A stretch of DNA of 59,062 nucleotides, counting the filler. It is 7 parts of 7 records of this genome, joined end to end, with 100 filler letters (N's around TTAATTAATTAA, not from the genome) between each part and the next. Parts side by side here need not be neighbours in the genome. Positions count along the whole stretch, not along the records: positions 32,457 to 40,563 come from SRR31156797_37922; positions 40,664 to 45,712 come from SRR31156797_37927; positions 45,813 to 53,663 come from SRR31156797_37932; 4 more parts are not named here. One strand, written 5' to 3'. Below, in pieces: positions 39,292 through 48,328 of the stretch (positions within the stretch are counted from its first letter, which is position 1; each line of letters begins with the position of its first letter). The translations under genes and the position numbers were made by a program. Under the pieces are notes generated by a model, which was not told where the DNA came from, searched no databases, and was given only the letters and a program-made list of their open reading frames with translations.

Positions 39292-39306
39292 GGAGATAAT
39301 AAAATC

Positions 39307-39879
39307 ATGAGACGATGGAAATGTACGATCTGCAACTATATTCACGAAGGGGACGCCCCGCCGGCACGGTGTCCCATCTGTAATGCCCCTGCCTCCAAGT
39401 TCATTGAGATAGAACCGATCGTTCCGGTCGAGCCGGTGGAGGAAACACCCCTGGACAAAGTCAAGGCGCTCATGGTGAAACACCATCTTCACCCGATCTC
39501 CGTTCATTTTCCAAACGGTGTGTTGCCCGTGGTGGTGGTGCTTTTCATTCTCTCCGCCCTGTTTGCCTGTAACAGCTTTGCAAAAGCGGGGTTTTACAAC
39601 CTTGTGTTTGTGGTCCTTTCCCTGCCCCTGGTGCTGGTGGCCGGGGTGGTGGAGTGGGAGAAAAAATACGACCGGGCCTTGACCATACTGTTCCAGATCA
39701 AGATCCTTGCCGCAAGCATCACCACGGTTTCCTGCTGCATCGCCCTTGTCTGGTTCCTTATAGAGCCCACGGTGATGGCTTCCCCCAGGGCATGGATATT
39801 TATCCTGCTCAACCTGGTGATGGTGGGATCGGCCGGGGTGGCGGGATTTATCGGTGGAAAACTGGTGTTCAAGGATTGA
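39307..39879 (+). CDS. Rubredoxin-like domain fused to a DUF2231-like membrane domain
   Basis: WKCTICNY...CPICNA; HPISVHFP; 4 TM segments; GFIGGKLVF. Confidence 0.8.
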   Translation: MRRWKCTICNYIHEGDAPPARCPICNAPASKFIEIEPIVPVEPVEETPLDKVKALMVKHHLHPISVHFPNGVLPVVVVLFILSALFACNSFAKAGFYNLVFVVLSLPLVLVAGVVEWEKKYDRALTILFQIKILAASITTVSCCIALVWFLIEPTVMASPRAWIFILLNLVMVGSAGVAGFIGGKLVFKD

Positions 39880-39897
39880 CAAATTAAGGGAGGAAAG

Positions 39898-40563
39898 ATG
39901 GGAGATACCATTGAGCTCAATGGAGACGGTTCCCTTATCGTGCCTGATATGCCGGTGATTCCCTATATCGAAGGGGACGGCACCGGGCCCGATATCTGGC
40001 ATGCCGCCAGAATGGTCCTGGACAAGGGGGTGTCTGTGGCCTACGGAACCGAAAAGCGCATCCAATTCATGGAGGTGTATGCCGGGGAAAAGGCCCATGG
40101 GCGGTCGGGCGAGTGGCTTCCCCGGGAGACCCTTGACGCCATACGAAAGCACCGGGTGGCTATCAAGGGACCCTTGACTACCCCGGTGGGAGAGGGGATC
40201 AGGAGTGTCAATGTTGCCATGCGCCAGGAGCTGGACCTGTATGCCTGTGTGCGGCCCATACGATATATTTCCGGGGTGCCGAGTCCCGTGAAGGCGCCTG
40301 AAAAGACGGATATGGTCATTTTCCGGGAGAACATGGATGACCTTTACCGGGGGATCGAATGGGAGGCGGGGTCAAAGGATGCCCTGGAGATCATAGATTT
40401 TCTCGTCAAAAAGGGGATTGAACTTTCTCCCGATACGGGCATCGGAATCAAGCCCATGGGCGAGGCCAATACCCGACGGCTGGTTGCCAGGGCCATTGAT
40501 TATGCCGTAAGGAACAATCGCCGGAGCATCACCCTCATGCACAAGGGGAACATCATGAAGTTT
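39898..40563 (+). CDS. icd: NADP-dependent isocitrate dehydrogenase, 3'-truncated
   Basis: [40 protein letters not shown]. Confidence 0.95.
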
Positions 40564-40663
40564 NNNNNNNNNNNNNNNNNNNNNNNNNNNNNNNNNNNNN
40601 NNNNNNNTTAATTAATTAANNNNNNNNNNNNNNNNNNNNNNNNNNNNNNNNNNNNNNNNNNNN
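40564..40663. other. Artificial contig spacer
   Basis: N + TTAATTAATTAA + N. Confidence 0.98.
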
Positions 40664-40777
40664 AATGAATGGGGATTCTTAGCGCCGTTCCAATTGCTGT
40701 GTTCATGTAATCACTTTAATTCAAGTTACTTGCGATCCGCCCAACGCTTGAAAGTTGTTTGGAATAGGGAGATCAAC

Positions 40778-40807
40778 GGGCTTTCTCGAACGAAAGAGCC
40801 CTTTTTT
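40778..40807 (+). terminator. Terminator-like hairpin
   Basis: GGGCTTTCTCG-AA-CGAAAGAGCCC (imperfect) + T6. Confidence 0.6.
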
Positions 40808-40928
40808 GCTATCCGCCGGGATGGTCAACAGCGTCTTTCCACAAGCGCTATAACCCTGTGCCAGTAAAGACCTGGGGCGCTTCAGCCAAAACCCATCGCG
40901 TTATCGGTTCGACCCCGTAGCACTCGGG

Positions 40929-41116
40929 TACAACACGGTCAGGCCGCACAGCGACCTGAGGTATCGTCCCCCGGCCCCTGAGGCCATCGAGCTGGGAACT
41001 CCCGCGGTGGGCTGCGATACGCGTCGCATGGCTCCGCTCCGTCCGCCGCTTGACGTAGACAATGGAGCAAGGAAACTATTATAGATAGAAGGTGTACAGG
41101 TTTCTGGGGTGGGTCA
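40929..41116 (+). mobile_element. IS3-family remnant (transposase C-terminus plus right end)
   Basis: Frame reads YNTVRPHSDLRYRPPAPEA, close to the IS3 OrfB motif YNxxRPHSSLGYRPP; stop at 41084; ends ...GGGGTGGGTCA like an IS3 IRR. Confidence 0.7.
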
Positions 41117-41147
41117 AGGGATGGAGATCGTCACACAGGGAGTGGCT

Positions 41148-43199
41148 ATGAAACGATCGAAGGGGTTAGGTAATGAGGCGTTCGAGGTTTTGCCGGAGGG
41201 TAAGGCGTATGAGCCCTACGTGCCGGCGAGCGAGTCCCCGGTCGAGTTTACGCTCAAGGCTGTGCTGGCCGGCATCACATTTGGAATCCTCTTCGGGGCG
41301 GCTAACGCTTATCTCGGCCTTCAGGCCGGGCTGACCATCTCTACCTCGATCCCTGTCGCGGTCATGACCGTGGCGGCGTTTCGGGCGCTGCGTGGCGTAG
41401 GGGTGCGCGGGACACTCCTGGAGGCGAACCTGTCACAGACCATCGGGTCCGCATCAAGCTCGGTGGCCAGCGGAGTGATCTTCACGCTTCCGACACTCTT
41501 CATGTGGGGTGTTGCGCCAGAACTGCTGCAAATGACACTGCTGGGAATGTGCGGCGGGCTGCTGGGTGTGTTGTTCATGGTCCCGCTGCGCCGCTTCCTG
41601 ATCGAACGCGAGCACGGCAAGCTTCCCTACCCCGAAGGCACCGCCTGCGCCGAAGTGCTCGTGACCAGCGAAGTCGGCGGGGCCAAGGCCACAAACGTGT
41701 TCCTCGGCCTGGCTGCGGGGGCGTTCTTTCGCGTGCTCATCGAGTGGCTGAAGCTCTTTCCCAAGACCATCAGCGTCACGCTGCACAATAAGCTGAATGT
41801 CGGGCTCGGCATGAAGATGTCCGCCGCTCTGTTTGGCGTCGGGTACATCCTCGGCCCGCGGATCGCCATCGTGATGGTTAGCGGCGGTCTTCTGTCGTCG
41901 CTCGTCATAATCCCGGCCATTACGCTCTGGGGCGCGGAGCGGACCGAGCCGCTGTACCCCTCGACGGACGTGGTCATCGCGCAGATGGACGCGAGCGCGA
42001 TCTGGACGAACTACGTGCGCTATATCGGGGCGGGCGCGGTCGCAGCTGCCGGGCTGATTACGCTTATCCGTAGCATCCCGACCATGATCGAGAGCTTCCG
42101 TATCGGTACGCAGCAGCTGCGGAAGCGGATCGAAACTGCGCCGGTTGCGATTCCGCGGACCGGTCTCGACCTCAACTTGAAAACCGTCGTCGTCGGATTG
42201 CTGGTGATTGCCTGCGTGATGGCGTTCGTACCGGTCGTCTTCGGCAGTGTGGGTGCCTTCGGAGTGCGGGTGGTCGCAGCCTTGTGCGTGGTGGTGTTCG
42301 CGTTCTTCTTCGTGACCGTGTCGTCGCGGATCGTCGGCCTGGTGGGCGTGACGTCGAACCCTACCAGCGGTATGACCATCGCGTCGCTGATCGGCACGGC
42401 GGTGGCGTTCCACCTGCTGGGCTGGACCGGCATGACCGGGCAGGTCGCAGCGCTCACGGTCGGCTGTGTCGTCGCGATCGCAGCGTCGATCGCGGGTGAC
42501 ACGTCGCAGGACCTCAAGACCGGGTTCCTGCTGGGAGCGACGCCCCGGAAACAGCAGCTTGGCGAGTTGATCGGCGTGTTGACCTCCGCCGTGTTCGTTT
42601 GCCTGACGCTAACGCTGCTGGCCAAGGCGTACGGCTTCGCCGGCCAACCCGATGCGGACCCGGACACGGCATTGGCGGCGCCGCAGGCCAACCTTATGAA
42701 AATCGTTATCGAAGGGGTTCTGAACGCTGAGTTGCCGTGGACGCTGGTGGGCATCGGAGCGGCGATCGCGGTCGTCGCGGCTCTACTGCGGATCCCGTCA
42801 CTCCCGTTCGCCGTCGGAGTGTATCTGCCGGTCTCGACCATGGTCCCGGTGTGCCTCGGCGGTCTGCTGCGCTGGTGGATGGAGCGGCGGGCGTCGTCGG
42901 ACGAAGATCGAGCGGAGCGACGCGAGAGCGGAGTGCTCTTCGGTTCAGGTCTTGTGGGCGGCGAGGGTTTGCTTGGTGTGGCGATCGCCGGGGTAGTCGT
43001 TGTGCAGAGCCTTGGTGCGGCCCCAGGCGAAAAGGTGCCGCTGCCGGGCGAAGTCGGCTACGACTGGGCGGAGCGACTTGCCGAGTGGATCGGATTCAGC
43101 GCGGGAGCGGCGTCCGAGGCGCCTCATCTGTTCGCAGCTGTGCTCTTCGCGATATTGATCTGGGTGTTCGCGCGACGCTGTCGAACGCACGTGGGCTAG
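41148..43199 (+). CDS. OPT-family oligopeptide transporter
   Basis: NAYLGLQAG, SIPVAV, LPYPEGTACAEVL, SNPTSGMTIA, QDLKTGFLLGATP, APQANLM. Confidence 0.94.
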   Translation: MKRSKGLGNEAFEVLPEGKAYEPYVPASESPVEFTLKAVLAGITFGILFGAANAYLGLQAGLTISTSIPVAVMTVAAFRALRGVGVRGTLLEANLSQTIGSASSSVASGVIFTLPTLFMWGVAPELLQMTLLGMCGGLLGVLFMVPLRRFLIEREHGKLPYPEGTACAEVLVTSEVGGAKATNVFLGLAAGAFFRVLIEWLKLFPKTISVTLHNKLNVGLGMKMSAALFGVGYILGPRIAIVMVSGGLLSSLVIIPAITLWGAERTEPLYPSTDVVIAQMDASAIWTNYVRYIGAGAVAAAGLITLIRSIPTMIESFRIGTQQLRKRIETAPVAIPRTGLDLNLKTVVVGLLVIACVMAFVPVVFGSVGAFGVRVVAALCVVVFAFFFVTVSSRIVGLVGVTSNPTSGMTIASLIGTAVAFHLLGWTGMTGQVAALTVGCVVAIAASIAGDTSQDLKTGFLLGATPRKQQLGELIGVLTSAVFVCLTLTLLAKAYGFAGQPDADPDTALAAPQANLMKIVIEGVLNAELPWTLVGIGAAIAVVAALLRIPSLPFAVGVYLPVSTMVPVCLGGLLRWWMERRASSDEDRAERRESGVLFGSGLVGGEGLLGVAIAGVVVVQSLGAAPGEKVPLPGEVGYDWAERLAEWIGFSAGAASEAPHLFAAVLFAILIWVFARRCRTHVG

Positions 43200-43405
43200 C
43201 CATCGGTCGGTGAGATTCCCCTGCCGGCACCGTCGCGACCGGTGTGCTCGAATTCGAACAATTTGTGAATACCCCGTTCTGCTGTGCGCGTGCGGAAAAC
43301 GCGAAGCGATGCGACAAAATGCGCTTGTTTGCGATAATGGCGAAACATCGCTAAGCTCCTTCGACATAAAGACTTCGGTAAGTCCGAGTCGACCAGATGT
43401 GCATC

Positions 43406-43448
43406 CTTCCCAAGCTGGATGTCGTGAGTTCGAATCTCATAACCCGCT
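43406..43448 (+). repeat. tRNA-Gly(CCC) 3'-half fragment (att-like), copy 1
   Basis: CTTCCCAAGCTGGATGTCGTGAGTTCGAATCTCATAACCCGCT gives anticodon loop, T-arm and acceptor strand; no 5' half upstream. Confidence 0.8.
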
Positions 43449-43573
43449 ATTCAAACGCATTTCTCACAGCGACTTTCATGTAGCACAAGCTTGCATTCTG
43501 CAGATGAGATCAGGCGTAACTATCGCTTTATGATCTTTCGTAAAGGCGAGCTTATTGCTATTCTCCTGGGACA

Positions 43574-45082
43574 ATGAGCCAGTTATTCCGACTTGTCCAT
43601 GCCGCTTTTCATGAGCCCAATACACAGGCGTATCGTCTCGTGCAGGGTTTGATCTGGGGGCTCATTGTCCTGTCCATCATACTCCTGATTGTTGAAATTC
43701 CTCTTCCCGAGGAGGGGCCGGCGAAATCCTTTTTAGGATGGGCAGAGTTCGTGTTATTGACGATCTTCGCTGTGGAAATCCTGCTGCGCGTAGGGTCATA
43801 TCGCCCTCCTGTCCTTCAAGTATTTCGACGTCCGCCAATGGGCAGGTTTCGCGCGCATCTGTTTGGACGGCTGCGATACATGATGAGCCCCATCATGCTC
43901 GTGGACATCCTGGCTGTTCTCACGTTGTTTCCGGAACTACGCGGACTGCGAGCACTCAGACTCCTGAGGCTCCTTCGCACTTCGAAGGTATTTCGATACC
44001 GCAACCCTTTTGCCATCGTCACGCTTGCGTTTGAAGAAAGCAGCCTGCTGTTTGTATTGGCTTTCAGCGTACTGGGTGTCGCGACGCTCATTGGCGGAGT
44101 GAGCTTCTACCTGGTCGAAGTGAATGTCAACGCAAACATCAATTCACTGCTGGACGGGTTGTGGTGGGCGCTGGTAACGCTGACGACAGTGGGTTATGGA
44201 GACGTTACTCCCGAGACGCTGCTGGGACGGATCATCGCCGCCACACTCATGGTGGCTGGGATGATCACACTCGCCTTCTTCGCCGGTATTGTAGGATCAA
44301 GTCTCGTCCGGGGTATACTGATTATCCGCGAGGAGCAATTTCGAATGAGCGACTACATCAACCACATTGTTGTCTGCGGCTACGACCAGAGTACGAAGCT
44401 GCTCCTTGACGCGTTAGCCAAAAACCAGGATCTGGCGCAGACGAAGATCGTGCTCTTTGATGACCATGAGCGGCCGCGGAATCTGCCTCCCGAATTCCTC
44501 TGGGTGCCTGGCGATCCAACCAAAGAAAGCGAGTTGGACAAGGTGCGGCTGACGCATGCGGCTGCTGCCATCGTCACTGGTGAGCGGGATACCACGCCCC
44601 AGGTTGCCGATGCGCGGACCATCCTCATTACCTTTACCATTCGTTCATTCCTCAAGCAGGATCGCAGGAATGTCCGAATGCGACGATCTCCGCTCTATGT
44701 CGTCGCCGAGATCCTCGACTCCGAGAATGTGAACCACGCCCGCTCTGCTGGTGCCGACGAGGTGATCGAGTCACCGAAGATCGGATACTCCATGATCGCT
44801 CATGCTGTCAGTTACCATGGAACGGCAACTGCGATGAGTCGCCTGCTGCTCGCCGGCGCGCACAGTGTGTATATTGGCAGGATCCCCGGAGACAGGAAGG
44901 ATGCGGTGCCGTTCGGCGACCTGATGCTCGAATTGCAGCTATCACAGCAAGGCGGTCTGGTCGTGGGCCTGCGAACGCCATCTGGAGAAGAGATCATCAA
45001 TCCTCCGCGCACGTACCAGGTCGAGCCGGATTTTCAACTCATGTACCTCGCCGAAGAGCCACTGCTGGATCCGCCTCGATGA
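43574..45082 (+). CDS. 6-TM potassium channel with C-terminal RCK/TrkA-N domain
   Basis: S4-like LRALRLLRLLR, TTVGYGD filter, HIVVCGY, GDPT, AGADEVI. Confidence 0.92.
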   Translation: MSQLFRLVHAAFHEPNTQAYRLVQGLIWGLIVLSIILLIVEIPLPEEGPAKSFLGWAEFVLLTIFAVEILLRVGSYRPPVLQVFRRPPMGRFRAHLFGRLRYMMSPIMLVDILAVLTLFPELRGLRALRLLRLLRTSKVFRYRNPFAIVTLAFEESSLLFVLAFSVLGVATLIGGVSFYLVEVNVNANINSLLDGLWWALVTLTTVGYGDVTPETLLGRIIAATLMVAGMITLAFFAGIVGSSLVRGILIIREEQFRMSDYINHIVVCGYDQSTKLLLDALAKNQDLAQTKIVLFDDHERPRNLPPEFLWVPGDPTKESELDKVRLTHAAAAIVTGERDTTPQVADARTILITFTIRSFLKQDRRNVRMRRSPLYVVAEILDSENVNHARSAGADEVIESPKIGYSMIAHAVSYHGTATAMSRLLLAGAHSVYIGRIPGDRKDAVPFGDLMLELQLSQQGGLVVGLRTPSGEEIINPPRTYQVEPDFQLMYLAEEPLLDPPR

Positions 45083-45105
45083 TCCGCAGCGGTTGACTTG
45101 CGAAG

Positions 45106-45133
45106 CAAGCTGGATGTCGTGAGTTCGAATCTC
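45106..45133 (+). repeat. tRNA-Gly 3' fragment, copy 2 (28-bp direct repeat of 43411-43438)
   Basis: CAAGCTGGATGTCGTGAGTTCGAATCTC identical in both places. Confidence 0.85.
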
Positions 45134-45273
45134 TTCGCCTGCAATCCATCATCACCCGACCGTCAGCGAAAACGAACGTGATCACGGTCATCACTGCGCA
45201 GATAATGACGCGGTGACCAGGGCGACCTTGCTCATCCTCTCCTGGTTCATGGTGCATCTCCTCGCTGTACGAC

Positions 45274-45712
45274 TCAAAGGTGAGGCTCAGCATCGCCCGG
45301 AGAATCGGCATCAGGCAGTCGCCAGGCACAACCGCATTCCGGGCATACCGTTGCTTCGTCCTCCGCCCTCGGCAAGCCGCGGAGATCATAGCCGCAGTGC
45401 GGGCAACGAAGATATTTCAACATGGCAGCTGCGGTCCTGGCGAGTCGCTGGCGTTTGGCATGCCACCAGACGATGTACGGCCAAACCAGACAATACACCA
45501 TTAAGGGAAGCTGACCGGGATTGCGTGCGGTCGGCAACCTTCCTTTGTAGAGGTCGTAGCTGACGATGCCAATTACACCGGAGAACAGGATGAGACTCAG
45601 AAGAAGGGCTGCCCATTTGAACCATGGCATCCGGGCGTTCTTTTCGAGCGTGATGGCACGGAGGACATCAGCTTCGATCACATCGTACCGCCGGGACAGT
45701 CGCAAAGCGACC
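45274..45712 (-). CDS. Two-TM protein with C-terminal zinc ribbon, 5'-truncated
   Basis: CPHCGYDLRGL...CPECG, a pattern common in Phycisphaerae-like genomes. Confidence 0.7.
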
Positions 45713-45812
45713 NNNNNNNNNNNNNNNNNNNNNNNNNNNNNNNNNNNNNNNNNNNNTTAATTAATTAANNNNNNNNNNNNNNNNNNNNNNNNNNNNNNNN
45801 NNNNNNNNNNNN
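45713..45812. other. Artificial contig spacer
   Basis: N + TTAATTAATTAA + N. Confidence 0.98.
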
Positions 45813-45923
45813 GTTGATCCCGATAAAGGTCATGATCTGAAGCAGGTAGGTGTTTTCCACCAGCCCCCCCGTCACCACCACCACCGCGACAAACAGCAGA
45901 TTATGAATTGTTCCTTTTTCCAT
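45813..45923 (-). CDS. LivM-like ABC permease, N-terminus only
   Basis: MEKGTIHNLLFVAVVVVTGGLVENTYLLQIMTFIGIN, downstream of the LivH-like gene. Confidence 0.7.
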
Positions 45924-45982
45924 TCTTACGTCCTTTATAGCGCCAGGTCGCCGTGATATCCTGGGCGGGTTTCCAGTCATGA

Positions 45983-46858
45983 TCAAAACCTGTCCGCCTG
46001 TTTCTGGGCGAACAGCCCGCCCGGACAGAGGTAGAGGATCAGCAAAAGCAGCACAAAGGCGATGGCGTCCTTGCAGCCCGACGAGATCAGGCCCGCCCCG
46101 AAGCATTCAAGGATGCCCAGGAGCAATCCACCGGCAAAGGCGCCCCACAGGCTGCCCAGGCCCCCGATCATGGCGGCGCAAAACCCCTTGAGACCGAGCA
46201 TGGTGCCCATGTCATAGGTGTTCATGGTGATGGGCGCAATGAAGATCCCGGCGATGGCCCCGGATCCGCTGCTGATGAGCACGGCGAACAGCCCCATCCT
46301 GGCGGAGGGGATGCCCGTGAGCCAGGCCGCCTTCTTGTTCACGGCACAGGCGGTCATGGCCTTTCCCTGGAGGGTGTACCGGAAGAAAAGGTGAAGGCTT
46401 CCGGCCAGAACCAGGGCCGCAGCCACGATATAAAGGCTCTGGGGCACGATCACGGCCCCTGCGATCTCAATGGATCCAAGGCTTGAAAAGGACGGCACGG
46501 ACACCGGGTCCTTTCCCCAGGCCACCATGGCCGTCCCCCGGAACACGATGGAGGCGCCCACGGTGATGATCACCAACGAAATGGGATGGGGATCCTTGAC
46601 CGGGCGGATGGCGAACCGCTCAAACAGGATGCCCACCACGGACACCCCGGCTACGGTCAGGACAAAGGCCAGGGGCAGGGGCAGGCCCGCCTGCCCCCAC
46701 AGGGTCACAAGCCCCATGGCGCCGAACATGGCAAACTCGCCATGGGCAAAGTTGATCAGCTCGGTGGAGCGGTAGAGCATGGAGAGGCCGATGGCGACCA
46801 CGGCATAGACCGACCCGATTGAGATGCCTGAGAACAGATATTGAAGCAGATCCTCCAC
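45983..46858 (-). CDS. LivH-like ABC permease
   Basis: GSVYAVVAIG, INFAHGE, LKGFCAAMIGGLGS. Confidence 0.92.
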   Translation of the reverse strand: MEDLLQYLFSGISIGSVYAVVAIGLSMLYRSTELINFAHGEFAMFGAMGLVTLWGQAGLPLPLAFVLTVAGVSVVGILFERFAIRPVKDPHPISLVIITVGASIVFRGTAMVAWGKDPVSVPSFSSLGSIEIAGAVIVPQSLYIVAAALVLAGSLHLFFRYTLQGKAMTACAVNKKAAWLTGIPSARMGLFAVLISSGSGAIAGIFIAPITMNTYDMGTMLGLKGFCAAMIGGLGSLWGAFAGGLLLGILECFGAGLISSGCKDAIAFVLLLLILYLCPGGLFAQKQADRF

Positions 46859-46867
46859 AACAGCCTC

Positions 46868-48016
46868 CTATTGATCCAGCAGATTCCAGGTCTTGTTCTT
46901 GATCTCCACCATGACAAAGGCGCTGGCGCTGAGACCGTTGTGATCCTGGGGAGAGAAGCTGTAACGGCCCGTGACCCCCACATGGTTTTCCAGTGTCTCG
47001 AGGCGGTCCCGGATCTGCTTTTTATCGCCGTTGGTGCCCTTGAGGGCCTCGGCCAACAGGGTCATGGCATCGTGGGCATAGCCGCCGAACCCGGACACCG
47101 CGCCCCCGCTGCCGGACGTATACATGGCCCGGTAATCCTTCAGGATCTGCTTCTGGGGATCGTCATCCAACAGCTGGTCCATCACCAGGATCTTGCCCGT
47201 GGGCAGCACGATGCCCTCGGCCGAATCGCCGGCAAGGGCGATGAATTTGGGGGATGCCACCCCGTGGCTCTGGTAGAGGGGAATATCGATCTTCAGCTGT
47301 TGGGCGTTCTTGGCCACCACGGCGGGTCCGGGGTTGGTGCCCCAGCAGATCAGGGCGGCCGGGGCGGCCTTCTTAAGCTTGGTGAGCTGGGCCGTGGTGT
47401 CCGTGTCCTTTGCGCCAAAGCTCTCCCTGGCCACGATGGTGATGCCGTAATCCCCGGCATTGGCGATCAGCTGCTCCCTGCCGCTCTCCCCGAAGGAGTT
47501 GGCAACGGTGATGATGCCGACGGTCTTGATGGATTTCGCCCGCATGTGCGCATACAGGCCCTGGACGGCCAGCCGGTCGCTCTGGGCGGTCTTGAACACC
47601 CAGGGTTTCACCGGCGATGTGATCTTGATCCCGGCGGCGCAGCTGATCAGGGGAATTTTCGCCCGCTCCACAAAGTTGACCACGGCCAGGGTGGTGGGGG
47701 TGGTGGATGGGCCGATGATGGCCAGGACCTTGTCCCGGTGGATCAACTTGTTCACGGCGCTCACGGCCTTGGCCGGATCCCCTTCGGAATCGTAGATCAC
47801 CGCCTCTAACAGGTGGCCGTCAATGCCGCCGTCGGCATTGATCCTATCCACCATCATCTCCATGGTGCGCTTTTCAGGATCCCCTAAGAACGAGGCCCTT
47901 CCCGTGGAGGAGAAAATCCCCCCGATCTTGTAGACGGATTTGGCCGCCACCGTTGACAGCGGGCTGATAATAAGGGTGACGACGATACAGAGTTGGACAA
48001 GGGTCTTGATACGCAT
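46868..48016 (-). CDS. LivK/LivJ-like ABC substrate-binding protein
   Basis: Signal peptide; KIGGIFSSTG, INADGGIDG, IIGPSTT, SHGVAS. Confidence 0.92.
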   Translation of the reverse strand: MRIKTLVQLCIVVTLIISPLSTVAAKSVYKIGGIFSSTGRASFLGDPEKRTMEMMVDRINADGGIDGHLLEAVIYDSEGDPAKAVSAVNKLIHRDKVLAIIGPSTTPTTLAVVNFVERAKIPLISCAAGIKITSPVKPWVFKTAQSDRLAVQGLYAHMRAKSIKTVGIITVANSFGESGREQLIANAGDYGITIVARESFGAKDTDTTAQLTKLKKAAPAALICWGTNPGPAVVAKNAQQLKIDIPLYQSHGVASPKFIALAGDSAEGIVLPTGKILVMDQLLDDDPQKQILKDYRAMYTSGSGGAVSGFGGYAHDAMTLLAEALKGTNGDKKQIRDRLETLENHVGVTGRYSFSPQDHNGLSASAFVMVEIKNKTWNLLDQ

Positions 48017-48100
48017 TGGGTGTTTCCTCCTGATTAACCGGTCGTTAAGGGTCAGGAGTCAAACCCGTGGCTGACTGCCAGCTGGAAATCCGGGGGCCTG

Positions 48101-48149
48101 AAAACAAAAAAACCATGGATTTCGACTGGGTCAGTCTGTCCATGGTTTT
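48101..48149 (-). terminator. Attenuator terminator in the ABC operon leader
   Basis: Minus strand AAAACCATGGA...TCCATGGTTTT continuing into a T-run. Confidence 0.8.
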
Positions 48150-48176
48150 GACTCGCTTGGGGATGTAGTCGGCGTT

Positions 48177-48260
48177 CTACATGTCCCCTCCATGGCCAGA
48201 CTTCGTAAAGAAGTAGCCAAAGAAGGTAAAGCTAAAATAGTAGAAGGCGCGGTAGTTCAT
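48177..48260 (-). CDS. Phe/Tyr-rich leader peptide (27 aa)
   Basis: MNYRAFYYFSFTFFGYFFTKSGHGGDM*: 7 Phe + 4 Tyr; between promoter and terminator. Confidence 0.85.
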   Translation of the reverse strand: MNYRAFYYFSFTFFGYFFTKSGHGGDM

Positions 48261-48290
48261 AATATCCCGTTTTTAGGTTGATTTCTCGAA

Positions 48291-48319
48291 ACTATAGGGA
48301 ACGCCGTTCCCCGTGTCAA
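48291..48319 (-). promoter_or_regulatory. sigma70 promoter of the leader/ABC operon
   Basis: TTGACA-17 nt-TATAGT. Confidence 0.85.
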
Positions 48320-48328
48320 GCTTTTTTT

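Noticed and set aside
43370-43450. Intact tRNA-Gly gene
   Set aside because: No 5' acceptor strand or D-arm, and the anticodon stem does not pair; only the 3' half is present
43210-43533. 107-aa ORF across the tRNA fragment
   Set aside because: Translation of att-like noncoding DNA (PSQAGCREFES is the tRNA read as protein)
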